Source: a virus
Taxonomy: Duplodnaviria > Caudoviricetes
Direction: 5' to 3' (one strand)
Length of the DNA: 62,819 nucleotides
IMG/VR virus record: IMGVR_UViG_3300025162_000007
Coordinates: 1-62,819 of that record
Part shown: one piece after another, positions 48,455 to 57,874 of the stretch
How positions within the stretch are numbered: the first letter of the stretch is position 1
Layout of the letters: each line of letters opens with the position of its first letter
Translations under genes and position numbers: made by a program
The notes under the pieces: generated by a model
Database searches by the model: none
What the model saw: the letters and a program-made list of their open reading frames with translations, nothing else
Told to the model about the DNA's origin: nothing

Positions 48455-49192
48455 TTAATTTCTATCACTTTCAACACGGAAATAAGTTGAGGTACTTGAC
48501 GCAGTAGACGCTACAGCCCCCTTCTCTTGCTGGAATATTGGTTGATATCCTCCAGTATAATTACTTATGTCTATACTAATATTAGGTATCAAATCATTAT
48601 TAACATAAAACTTAACGTCTGATAAATTAGATGCATCAATTTTAAATGTATAATAAGTATCATTAACTATAGTATAGTTAGTTGCTATGTTAGTATTAGT
48701 TATTACACCGTCTTTTGTACATATTAATAGAGATAGTGCAGCCCCAGTATCGTTAATTTTAAATACACAGTGTTTAGCTGTTGCTTGTAAATCTACTCCT
48801 TTAGCTGCACAGAAGCCAAAGAATGTTTTAGTAGCTTGAGCGCCACCACGAGTAAATTTAACTCTGCCCTCTATAAAAGGTTTATCTGTTGTTGTAAATG
48901 CCAGATTATCATTAGCAGATATCTGAGAATATCCTGCTCCTGCTCCATTCAAACCAATTAGGAACGTTCCATCTGATACTACTGGTGTATTACCACTTCC
49001 TGCACCTGAAGTTGCTCCTGTCAATCCATCATAAGCTAAGTCAGTACCTGCTGCACCTGCATCTAAGATACGTCTTGTAGCTGTAGCTCTTCCTTGATGT
49101 GCTTCTTTTAAAATCTTTCCTACTAAACCTAAATCAGGATAAAGGTTGTTAAGATAACTTACTAAATCCTTTCCAATTTTTCCTCTTGCCAT
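48455..49192 (-). CDS. putative virion decoration protein (ConA/LamG-like)
   Basis: MARGKIGKDLVSYLNNLYP...RATATRRILDAG; YYTFKIDASNLSDVKFYVN. Confidence 0.7.
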   Translation of the reverse strand: MARGKIGKDLVSYLNNLYPDLGLVGKILKEAHQGRATATRRILDAGAAGTDLAYDGLTGATSGAGSGNTPVVSDGTFLIGLNGAGAGYSQISANDNLAFTTTDKPFIEGRVKFTRGGAQATKTFFGFCAAKGVDLQATAKHCVFKINDTGAALSLLICTKDGVITNTNIATNYTIVNDTYYTFKIDASNLSDVKFYVNNDLIPNISIDISNYTGGYQPIFQQEKGAVASTASSTSTYFRVESDRN

Positions 49193-49245
49193 GTGTTTTC
49201 ACACTCCTATTTTTTATTACTAAGGTTATAGTGTCTTAGCCCACT

Positions 49246-49467
49246 CTATAAATTTCCCTTAATCATAAATCTTACTGCTGCCCCTAATGTTACTACATAT
49301 ATCCCTGTTAACCAAGATAACCACGAACGATGGTCATTAGTCATTTTACCTAGCGTAGGAATGCACTCTACTTTTTTTTCTATATTAGCTAGTCTTGCGT
49401 CTATACTTGCATACTGTGCTGCTACTCCACTATGAGCTGGACAAACACCAAAATTATCATTATTCAT
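49246..49467 (-). CDS. small coiled-coil protein with C-terminal TM helix
   Basis: CPAHSG, IDARLANIEKK, WLSWLTGIYVVTLGAAV. Confidence 0.7.
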   Translation of the reverse strand: MNNDNFGVCPAHSGVAAQYASIDARLANIEKKVECIPTLGKMTNDHRSWLSWLTGIYVVTLGAAVRFMIKGNL

Positions 49468-49476
49468 TAGCTACTC

Positions 49477-49719
49477 CTACTTTAATTGTTTTAGTTCTTC
49501 TACTGTTAAAACTTTATCAGATTTTATTTCCTTTCCGTCCATCACATAAGTATAGTGTTTTTTCCACTCACCGTCGCTATCATTAAAATCAATTCTTATT
49601 TCTGTTAACATTATGTTTTCCTTTTGATAGTGCTCCAATAATGCAGCACGTTCTTTTGCAAGCATTAACATTATTGGATTAGACTGTTTTAATACGTCGC
49701 TTATTTCAACTCGTTCCAT
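49477..49719 (-). CDS. hypothetical protein (possible fibre chaperone)
   Basis: AGGAG SD; follows fibre genes. Confidence 0.65.
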   Translation of the reverse strand: MERVEISDVLKQSNPIMLMLAKERAALLEHYQKENIMLTEIRIDFNDSDGEWKKHYTYVMDGKEIKSDKVLTVEELKQLK

Positions 49720-49728
49720 AATTTACTC

Positions 49729-50580
49729 CTATACAATACTTGTTATAATACCATTTGTTACTGTAACTGTTTTGCCGTCCACCGTTGTAAAAGTATCTGA
49801 TATTCCAATACCTAAATATGTTTGATTTAATACTTGGTCTAATCCTTGTTTGGCATTGATTACTGTTGGTGCATTGGCATTTGTATAATCAATTTTACTT
49901 GCTAAACTTATCTGATTTATAGTTGGTGTGGCTATATGGGTTTGTAGATTATATGTAGAGCTACTATCATAATAAGCCGACCAAGAACCAGCACCCGTTA
50001 AAAGATTAGAATGGACTTGGCTTTGGTCAACCATAGCTAAATATAAGTTTCCAGTATTTGCTACCCCTAACATTTCGTTTGCTGTCTTTTGTAACGCTGA
50101 AAACTTATTAAGGAATATCTGATAACCACTTTTAAGTATAACTGTTGGCGTAGTTGGAGTTCCACTATTACCAAAATCTATATAAGCATTTTCAAGATTA
50201 CAAACACCAGCGGTGCTGCTATCTATAAATTGTCCGGTACCACCAATATACAAAGTACAGTCTTTTAATCCAAATGGAAGGTTGTCTGCTGTTGCTCCAG
50301 TCTGTCTTGTTATCTGTTTTTTAGCAGTTGAGCCAGCTTTCCTACCACCTATAAAATAAGCGTTTTGCCAATTAGTATGAACGCCAGCGTCAATATATCC
50401 TTCGTCGCCGTCTATAATAATTTGCATCATTCTAGTTGCGTACTTTGTTTCAAAAGCTGTTCTAGTTTTAAACTGTGTCCAGTTCTCAACAGAAGTATAC
50501 CATATTTGAGTATCGCCAAGTGCTTCTTGTATTTTAATAGGAAGCACCATACCTTCGTCTGTATAAGTATACTTTATCAT
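49729..50580 (-). CDS. putative fibre/receptor-binding protein
   Basis: Beta-rich; ends FTTVDGKTVTVTNGIITSIV, a recurrent fibre-tip pattern. Confidence 0.65.
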   Translation of the reverse strand: MIKYTYTDEGMVLPIKIQEALGDTQIWYTSVENWTQFKTRTAFETKYATRMMQIIIDGDEGYIDAGVHTNWQNAYFIGGRKAGSTAKKQITRQTGATADNLPFGLKDCTLYIGGTGQFIDSSTAGVCNLENAYIDFGNSGTPTTPTVILKSGYQIFLNKFSALQKTANEMLGVANTGNLYLAMVDQSQVHSNLLTGAGSWSAYYDSSSTYNLQTHIATPTINQISLASKIDYTNANAPTVINAKQGLDQVLNQTYLGIGISDTFTTVDGKTVTVTNGIITSIV

Positions 50581-53500
50581 CTTTGTTCCTGTTCTACGTC
50601 CCCAAGTCTTAATACTACTGCACCTGGTAACGTATTGCCAACATCTGCACCCTTAACTTGGAAATATGGTTCTAACAAAGAACCGTGAGGTACATTAAGT
50701 GTTAGCCTTCCTTTACTTACTCCGTCAATAAAGCACTCACAGAACACGCCATTAGTTGTTATTAAACCACCAGTTGCAGTACCGTTTCCAGTACAAAGTA
50801 TTGTTACTTCATTTGGAGCAGTAACAGTTACTTTATAGTCGCCGTCCCAAGTACCAGTACCACCAGTCCAACCAGTTAAAGTTATGTAATCGCCATCTTT
50901 CAAATACTGTGTTGCTGCAAAAACGATAGTTGCTGTTGTTCCGTCGCCAGTTATAGAAGTTACGTTAGGTAAAGTCATAAATGGATAACAATAAAAACCA
51001 AACCGTTTCATTGTACCTACACTGACAGCCTCGTTAGTAGGTAGCGTTTCAACGTTTGCACTTTCGCTTGCCATAAACTTATAGTAACTGTCGCCAATTT
51101 CATTGATGAACTTTATGTAATCGCCTGTTGCAAAGTTCTTTAATCCAAACTCAAAATCAGTTTTATTTGTTACGCCACCGTAGATAGATAATTTCATATC
51201 CATACTTGGACGACCTGCACCAACGTAATCAAATCCGTGTCCACCAAAAGTATAAAGTACCGTATCACCTAAAGTTGCAAGTGTTGTAAGTTTAATTCCA
51301 TATAATGGTTCGTAACTTACTGCTGCAACTTGGTTTCCAGCGTCAGCAACCCAAGACGGATTAAATACATTTATAAAATTATCGTGTATCCTTAAACGTC
51401 CACCAGATTTTAATTGGCTTTCGTCAACGTACCAATTCGTTCCGTCGTCCCTAAATATTACCGTACCTTCTTGTTTGAAAACGTACTCTGTTGTATTGAC
51501 AATATATTCCCCACTTGGGAATATAAACTTATTAAGTATGTTATTTGTCCTTACTGAACAACGAGTTCCAGCGTTCTTACAAGTGATATGGTATTCGTGT
51601 ATTGGCATACCTGTTACAGCAGGGAGAGTAAACTCCTCTGGGTGTAACGGACTTGATATACCCATAAAATAATAATTCATCTGAATAGGATATGGTGCAG
51701 GAACTGCGGTTGCAAACGCTTCCCACACTGCCGCTCCAGTTGCAGGGTCTTTGCATTTCCATAACACGCCACTTGCATCATTGTTATATAACGCACCTTT
51801 GAAAAAAGCTAACCCAACAAGGACGTTGGTTCCACTATCATCATCAGTAACCAGAGGGTCTGTCGTACCATGATATATCTTAGGTGCTGCAATTTTAGCA
51901 GGGGATATACCAATTAGTGTACTACCATATTGAGTATCATTTTCTATGTTTAAGAAAATCCATTTTTTACTATTAGCATCTGTAAAAACATATCCAGCTT
52001 GTAGAATTGTAAGTGTTGCTGTTAATTGACAACTAGCATCAAAATAAATAGCTCCATCACCAATTATTCCAGTGTAAGGATATTTTCCACGAAGTAATAC
52101 TTTTCTCTTAGTTCCACTTGGAGCAAGCGAAAGCCCCATTATTTGAAATCTTTTTTCACCCTTTGTAGGGTCTGGAGTTTCCCAAGTATTTATACTTGAA
52201 AGTGCAACACCTTCAAAACTACCAACACCAGCTCCTATTGTCTGACCGCTCATTACGTTATCTTCTTTTGCAAGTTCTCGTATCTCATTATTACTATCAT
52301 AACTTGATGCTATTCCATATACATCATTACAATATACTCCAGTATCGTAGATATTAGCTCCAGCGTGTTTATATACATTACCGATATTTGGACAAGCTGC
52401 TATATAAACATTTGAACTATAATCAGCAAATACAGAATAAGTTGTGTCTGTTACTAATCCTGTTGTGTCTGCTGCATAATGAACAGCGGCAGAAGTTGAA
52501 GTTACAAACTCAATGTAATGTCCCCAAGTAGGGTCAAATCCCATTTTAGTAATTACAAAACTGTTTGTGAAATAACTTGGTGCTCCAGCGGGAGCTTGTA
52601 TTGCTATACATTTACCAACATCAACATAACCAATTACAGCATCAACATATAATCTGCCAGTTGTCGTTGCTACTATACCACCTGGTACTGTACTCTGTTC
52701 ATAACCTGTACTTCTATAAACATATCTATCAACTATCCCGTTTACGTCTGCCGTATAAGCACCACCTGTATCATAAGCTGTTGCTATAAAATACTGTCCG
52801 TGACCATCAGCTCCGCCACCAGAGAGTGTTAGAACTCCAGCATAAACCGTTGTCCACGGTGCTCCAGTTCCAGTTACCCGAACGTGTTTAACACCATTTG
52901 AATAAAGGGCGGCAAAGTTAGGTCCATATATCTGTACTACACCACCGTTAATCTGCCAATATCCATTTGTTGCAAGTGTAAAGTAAGGTATCATTCCCCC
53001 CATTAAAAGAGCAGAGGTGAATAATCGTGATGCCTGTGATTGTCCTGTTGGAATTGTTGCATTAAATCCAATACAGTTCCTTAACATATAGTTTCCAGCT
53101 TTGAACATTAAAGCCATTTCAGGGTCTTGTGAACTCCAAGATGTATCATATAAAGTTGCCGAACCTGTCGCACTACTATCAATAGATATTTGAGGTGTTC
53201 CGCTTAATTGTCCAACAAGTTGTCCACCCTGTATTGATACGTCCTTAAAATGCCCACCAGCAATAATTCCACCGAGTATAAACTCTATTGTTGGTGTATC
53301 TGTTGGACTTGTTCCACCATTAGTACCAGTGAAATCGCCATCGTAGAATGTTACGCTATCGGTAATCATTACCGCACCATTTGGTAGATTTGCTCCACTT
53401 ACTTTGAAGTTCTTAATAAATATAGATGAAGTTCTTAAATCAGTAATTTCGCCGTTGACTACCATATATTCATAAACGTCACCTGTAAACCCACCAGAGC

Positions 53501-54164
53501 AAGTTACATGAACTGTGATTATACCAGAAGTATTAAGGTCTATATAAACATAAGGGTCAAGTACGCAACTTGCGTCGCCTGTACCACCAACTCCAGTTCC
53601 TATTTCTTGTGAGCATTTAATAACCCACCTGTTTGTTGACGTTGGTGTTTGAGTTGCAATATACGCCCTAGCATTTGCATAATTTTTATACTGAATACCA
53701 ATTTGTTCTTGAACACTAGAGTTAATCCAAATCTCGTTTTTAAGATTAGGATAATGTACTGCACGTCCTAACCAAATTGCCAAAGGTACACTATCAGTAC
53801 AAGTAAACGTATAGTTTGTATATACCGTTCCTTCTGTTATATAAATAGTATCACCCATTATGCTTTCGCCAGTTGGTGATGCACTTGGGTTATATACAAT
53901 TCTAGTCCACGCAGTTACGTTTCCTGCTACAACCGTGGCTCTATAAACACCACGATTTGCAGTTACTGTTAGACTTGGGAATAAAACATATTCATTATTT
54001 GTTAAAGTACCGCCGTCTATTACAACAGGTGCTCCAGTCGCTGGAAGAACAAGATTAGATATACCAACGTAGTTTACTGGATAACCTAAAGTCCCACCAC
54101 CACTATTTTGTCCTGTAAAATCAAAACTATCTGCAAGAGGATTATAAGCTACTTTCATTCCCAT
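50577..54164 (-). CDS. large multi-domain tail fibre/receptor-binding protein (1195 aa)
   Basis: YNPLADSFDF N-terminus, G/T-rich beta-helix-like region, DPLVTDDD..WKCKDPATGAAVW module. Confidence 0.75.
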   Translation of the reverse strand: MGMKVAYNPLADSFDFTGQNSGGGTLGYPVNYVGISNLVLPATGAPVVIDGGTLTNNEYVLFPSLTVTANRGVYRATVVAGNVTAWTRIVYNPSASPTGESIMGDTIYITEGTVYTNYTFTCTDSVPLAIWLGRAVHYPNLKNEIWINSSVQEQIGIQYKNYANARAYIATQTPTSTNRWVIKCSQEIGTGVGGTGDASCVLDPYVYIDLNTSGIITVHVTCSGGFTGDVYEYMVVNGEITDLRTSSIFIKNFKVSGANLPNGAVMITDSVTFYDGDFTGTNGGTSPTDTPTIEFILGGIIAGGHFKDVSIQGGQLVGQLSGTPQISIDSSATGSATLYDTSWSSQDPEMALMFKAGNYMLRNCIGFNATIPTGQSQASRLFTSALLMGGMIPYFTLATNGYWQINGGVVQIYGPNFAALYSNGVKHVRVTGTGAPWTTVYAGVLTLSGGGADGHGQYFIATAYDTGGAYTADVNGIVDRYVYRSTGYEQSTVPGGIVATTTGRLYVDAVIGYVDVGKCIAIQAPAGAPSYFTNSFVITKMGFDPTWGHYIEFVTSTSAAVHYAADTTGLVTDTTYSVFADYSSNVYIAACPNIGNVYKHAGANIYDTGVYCNDVYGIASSYDSNNEIRELAKEDNVMSGQTIGAGVGSFEGVALSSINTWETPDPTKGEKRFQIMGLSLAPSGTKRKVLLRGKYPYTGIIGDGAIYFDASCQLTATLTILQAGYVFTDANSKKWIFLNIENDTQYGSTLIGISPAKIAAPKIYHGTTDPLVTDDDSGTNVLVGLAFFKGALYNNDASGVLWKCKDPATGAAVWEAFATAVPAPYPIQMNYYFMGISSPLHPEEFTLPAVTGMPIHEYHITCKNAGTRCSVRTNNILNKFIFPSGEYIVNTTEYVFKQEGTVIFRDDGTNWYVDESQLKSGGRLRIHDNFINVFNPSWVADAGNQVAAVSYEPLYGIKLTTLATLGDTVLYTFGGHGFDYVGAGRPSMDMKLSIYGGVTNKTDFEFGLKNFATGDYIKFINEIGDSYYKFMASESANVETLPTNEAVSVGTMKRFGFYCYPFMTLPNVTSITGDGTTATIVFAATQYLKDGDYITLTGWTGGTGTWDGDYKVTVTAPNEVTILCTGNGTATGGLITTNGVFCECFIDGVSKGRLTLNVPHGSLLEPYFQVKGADVGNTLPGAVVLRLGDVEQEQR

Positions 54165-54166
54165 GT

Positions 54167-54709
54167 TTATACCCTCTCTACTGTAAGCATATTTCCTGAT
54201 ATATCATAAGTTAAATTTATCTCACATATTTTTGTTCCGTTAAGCCCGCCCTTGTAAAATACTGCTTGAGTTAAGTTACCACTAATATCATATGAACATT
54301 CTACTGCATCCTTTGGTTCAGGTACAAGTCCACTCATGCTAATTGAATTAGTATCTATTAAATTTTTTCTAAGTATGTAAGTACAAAAAGCTGTTACTGC
54401 TGTTGCTGCATCTGCTATTCCTATAGAATTATAAACTATTAGATATTTACTTCCAGGAGTATCACTTACTTCATATATTTCAAAGTCCCCATCATTTTCT
54501 GTATTATTGTTTCCTGACATAGTAACTATATTTTTTGGGTGTAAGTTACTAAAATTTTCTGCATCATTAAAATAATACTTTGTAAATAAACCTACAGCAG
54601 CATCTATTTTAATTATTGCTGCTTTAAGTATTACTCTTAAACCACTACTTGTAATCTCTTCACTTGCTCTCGTTGGAGCTTTTCTTTTACCCTGAATCCC
54701 CATTAGCAT
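54167..54709 (-). CDS. putative tail-associated protein
   Basis: MSGNNNTENDGDFEI beta module; YDISGN repeated twice. Confidence 0.6.
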   Translation of the reverse strand: MLMGIQGKRKAPTRASEEITSSGLRVILKAAIIKIDAAVGLFTKYYFNDAENFSNLHPKNIVTMSGNNNTENDGDFEIYEVSDTPGSKYLIVYNSIGIADAATAVTAFCTYILRKNLIDTNSISMSGLVPEPKDAVECSYDISGNLTQAVFYKGGLNGTKICEINLTYDISGNMLTVERV

Positions 54710-55320
54710 AATTCTATCCCCCTTTTAAAACTATTGGTAAAACCAATAGAGTTCTTAGTTATTTTTTCAGTCTCACTAATTTTTCTTTTTGTTTCTTCAG
54801 AACGAGGTTTTCCTCTTCTAGTTGCTGCTGCATTTTCTATCCACTCTTTTGATTGTTTTCTTCCTTTTAATGCATCACTTATTTTCTTTTTTACTTCTTC
54901 TGAGTGTTTCATCCCTCTATGTATATTCCCTATCTTCTCACAATGCTCTTTACTTAATTTTATTCCTTTTCTATTTGGTGGGATTACTCCCCTTCTTATT
55001 TTATCTTCACTCATCTTCTTTCTAGTTTCTGCTGTATGAATAACCCCAGATGCTCCTTCTCCTCCAGTACTAAAATTAGCTTCACAATATCCTAAGTCTT
55101 TATATAGTTTTATAAATTCTATCTCTTTTTTAAAAGCTTCTTCTTCAGTAAGTCCTTCTACTATTATTTCTACTTCATATCCTTTACTTGATATATTAGT
55201 CCAATACTTTGTTCTATTACTCTTTTCATTAGCTCTTTTAGTATGCCCCTTACCAACATAGAAAGGAGTGTTTTTATCTAATCTAATATGTCTATATATG
55301 CAATAAGTACTATCTATCAT
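54703..55320 (-). CDS. GIY-YIG homing endonuclease with NUMOD3 repeats
   Basis: CIYRH...FYVGKG; HTAETRKKMSE, HSEEVKKKISD, SEETKRKISE. Confidence 0.9.
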   Translation of the reverse strand: MIDSTYCIYRHIRLDKNTPFYVGKGHTKRANEKSNRTKYWTNISSKGYEVEIIVEGLTEEEAFKKEIEFIKLYKDLGYCEANFSTGGEGASGVIHTAETRKKMSEDKIRRGVIPPNRKGIKLSKEHCEKIGNIHRGMKHSEEVKKKISDALKGRKQSKEWIENAAATRRGKPRSEETKRKISETEKITKNSIGFTNSFKRGIELC

Positions 55321-55353
55321 TTGATTTCCTTAACATTTTTAATTTCCCCCTTT

Positions 55354-55554
55354 CTAACTTTTGTTGATTCTTGTTCTCAGCAATTTCATTGCAGGGATAG
55401 AACCTAACTTATTTACTTCGTTACTATATTTTTTCATACCACTATAATCTTTTATAAAACTTTGTGCTGATGGTATTGTAGAAAACTCTCCTAGCTTTTT
55501 ACCTAAATCACTTAGCACATGAAATTTTCCAGTTAGTGATTTAAATATTTTCAT
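55354..55554 (-). CDS. hypothetical protein
   Basis: ATGA overlap with the endolysin gene. Confidence 0.6.
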   Translation of the reverse strand: MKIFKSLTGKFHVLSDLGKKLGEFSTIPSAQSFIKDYSGMKKYSNEVNKLGSIPAMKLLRTRINKS

Positions 55555-56183
55555 ATACTAACACACTCTCCAAGTGTAAATCCAAAGTATTGTAGTATAC
55601 TTTTTAAATAAGCATCAGCAAGACTACTAAGTTTACTAATGGCAAGTTTAACATCATCATCGTTGTCCATATAAAAAGCCTCAGTAATTACTGCTGGCAT
55701 ATTAAGCTGATTTAAAAAACATCCACCTCTGTCATCTTTATGTAACTCTATAAGTCCTCTATCATGAAGCCCCATAACAATTACTATATTATTTTGTAGC
55801 AAGTATGCAAGAGACTTTGACTGAGGAGAATGTTCCTTGTAGAGTGTTTCTGTACCACTAATTTTTTCGTTAAAAGCATTAGCATGTAAACTTATTAGTA
55901 TATCTGATTTACTAGAATTAATAAGTTTAGGTTGTTTAAAGTAACTATCTTTAGCAGTACCACGATTAGTTACTTCTAATTTAAATAATTCAGTTAAATT
56001 TATTTCATCTTTCTTAGTTACATACTTACCATTGTTATACTGTCTAAGTATTTCTGTTGCGAGTTTATTGCAGTATTCCCATTCGAACATATCATATCCG
56101 TGACAAAATGCTCCCATAGAAATTTGTGAATGACCTACATCAATTAATGCAAATTTTCTTGTATCAAATATATTACTAAACAT
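55551..56183 (-). CDS. endolysin, N-acetylmuramoyl-L-alanine amidase (Amidase_3)
   Basis: IDVGH, EWEY, LISLHANA, SGTET, PAVITEAFYMDN. Confidence 0.93.
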   Translation of the reverse strand: MFSNIFDTRKFALIDVGHSQISMGAFCHGYDMFEWEYCNKLATEILRQYNNGKYVTKKDEINLTELFKLEVTNRGTAKDSYFKQPKLINSSKSDILISLHANAFNEKISGTETLYKEHSPQSKSLAYLLQNNIVIVMGLHDRGLIELHKDDRGGCFLNQLNMPAVITEAFYMDNDDDVKLAISKLSSLADAYLKSILQYFGFTLGECVSI

Positions 56184-56835
56184 TTAAAACATCCTTTTCT
56201 CTTTGCCTTCTTTTTATTTGAGAATCAATTAATCTTTTTCTTGTTTCTTCAGATATTTTTCTACCAATACTAGCTAGTCCTATTTTTTTCTTTGTTTCTT
56301 CTGACATATTTTGTTTAGCTATACTCATTTTTAATCTGGCTTCATCTGATTGTTTCTTTCCCTTATGCTTATCAGACATTAATTTTCTAAACTCTTCTGT
56401 TCTTTTTTTACCAGTATTTTTTATTCTTCTTTTTTCTATTTCTTCTTTAGATTGTTTTTGTCCAGTTCTTTGTCCTGGTTTTCCAAGCAACCCATTTGGT
56501 CTACCTTTTTTTGACTCTGATATTTTTTTACAAAACCACTCTGGTCTTTTACCAAAATGTACTGGAGGCTTATTACCTCCTTCTAAAATATTGTATCCTA
56601 TATTTTTTCTATCTGTACTATTAAAACAATCTATCCAATATACTTCTCTTTCATTCATATTCTCTATTGATGTACAGTATTCTATTATATCTTTTCTAAA
56701 GTTTTCCTTACCATATTTTTTAACTGCTTTTTTTATTAACTTTCCACTTCCAAAGTAATTAGGATTATTTCTAATATCTTGTCCTATGTATATTTTGTCA
56801 TTAATTAGATTTGTAATTTTATATATTATCATCAT
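56176..56835 (-). CDS. GIY-YIG homing endonuclease with NUMOD3 repeats
   Basis: IIYKITNLINDKIYIGQ, YFGSG, KKYGKENF, GYNILEGG, SEETKKKI. Confidence 0.93.
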   Translation of the reverse strand: MMIIYKITNLINDKIYIGQDIRNNPNYFGSGKLIKKAVKKYGKENFRKDIIEYCTSIENMNEREVYWIDCFNSTDRKNIGYNILEGGNKPPVHFGKRPEWFCKKISESKKGRPNGLLGKPGQRTGQKQSKEEIEKRRIKNTGKKRTEEFRKLMSDKHKGKKQSDEARLKMSIAKQNMSEETKKKIGLASIGRKISEETRKRLIDSQIKRRQREKDVLNV

Positions 56836-57448
56836 CCTCACCAAGTAATTCTGTGATAGTTGGTATGTTATCTACGTTTGATTTTTCATCTGGTTTCTTT
56901 TGAAAGCCATAGGATGCTAAAATTTCTGTTACTTCTTCTGGTGTTTGAATACCATCAATAAGTTTACCAAAGCTATCCTCATCTATTTTATCAGGGCTTA
57001 CTAAACTTGAGAACTTAGACAAAGCACCAAGTGCTTGTGCCTGGTCACGAACCGAAGCACCCTGGACAGAATTAAGTAGCCTTCTAGCTGCTACTGTTAC
57101 TAGCATATCTATTTCTTCTGTTACACTTCTTTCCTCGTGTAAGAAGATGAAAAACTGTGGAGTAGTGTCAATCAGCTTAGTTATTTCTTGCTCTGGAATA
57201 TCCAGAAGCTTTGCGTATTCATCTACGCTATAAGCCTTAACACTCTTTCCACCGTTTGTATAAAATGCACGCTTTAATACAAGCATGCCATATGTTGGAA
57301 CGAAGATAGAGCCATCATTTAAATTGCTATATCTTTGACCAAACAACTTTTCATGTAGTTCACTTGCTTTACGTATATTAAAATCACGTATTGATTCGCC
57401 AGCAGCAAGTTCAGATAATTTAGGTATTACTTTAATCTTTGATTCCAA
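56819..57448 (-). CDS. putative terminase small subunit or DNA-binding protein
   Basis: First gene of the late unit; helical, HTH-like VDEYAKLLDIPEQEI; positional inference only. Confidence 0.4.
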   Translation of the reverse strand: MESKIKVIPKLSELAAGESIRDFNIRKASELHEKLFGQRYSNLNDGSIFVPTYGMLVLKRAFYTNGGKSVKAYSVDEYAKLLDIPEQEITKLIDTTPQFFIFLHEERSVTEEIDMLVTVAARRLLNSVQGASVRDQAQALGALSKFSSLVSPDKIDEDSFGKLIDGIQTPEEVTEILASYGFQKKPDEKSNVDNIPTITELLGEDDDNI

Positions 57449-57489
57449 TTAATAATCTCCTACACATATACTTGTTTCTAACATTTTGG

Positions 57490-57800
57490 CCTCTACTAAT
57501 ACTATATATAATACTAAGTATATAATATTACTATACTATTATATAATATACTATATATTATACTGTATATACATTACGCTTGTTTAGATACATATACATC
57601 TATTAGTATCAACTCTATCTATTAGCTGAAGATAAGTACTGTATTCTTAAGTACTCATATAGATATATATGGAGTACCATCTATATCTATATTCGTACTT
57701 ATATTTAATACAAGATATATATATATATATATCTAATATATTATATATATAATACTAATATATACTATATATATTTATATAGAGTATTTTGAGATATGAA
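57490..57800. other. extremely AT-rich divergent intergenic region with long inverted repeat (candidate origin)
   Basis: (TA)n-like tracts; ~25-bp imperfect stem at 57648-57701. Confidence 0.55.
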
Positions 57801-57809
57801 AAGATGCCC

Positions 57810-57838
57810 TTGACAAGGTTTTAGAAGTATGTTATACT
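57810..57838 (+). promoter_or_regulatory. sigma70-type promoter
   Basis: ccc-TTGACA-17 nt (ending TGT)-TATACT. Confidence 0.85.
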
Positions 57839-57874
57839 GTGGCTAGAATCAAAACCATAGGAGGGATTGAAACA

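Noticed and set aside
39091-54164. Diversity-generating retroelement or invertible tail-fibre cassette
   Set aside because: No reverse transcriptase or invertase, and no TR/VR pair with adenine-specific mismatches was seen
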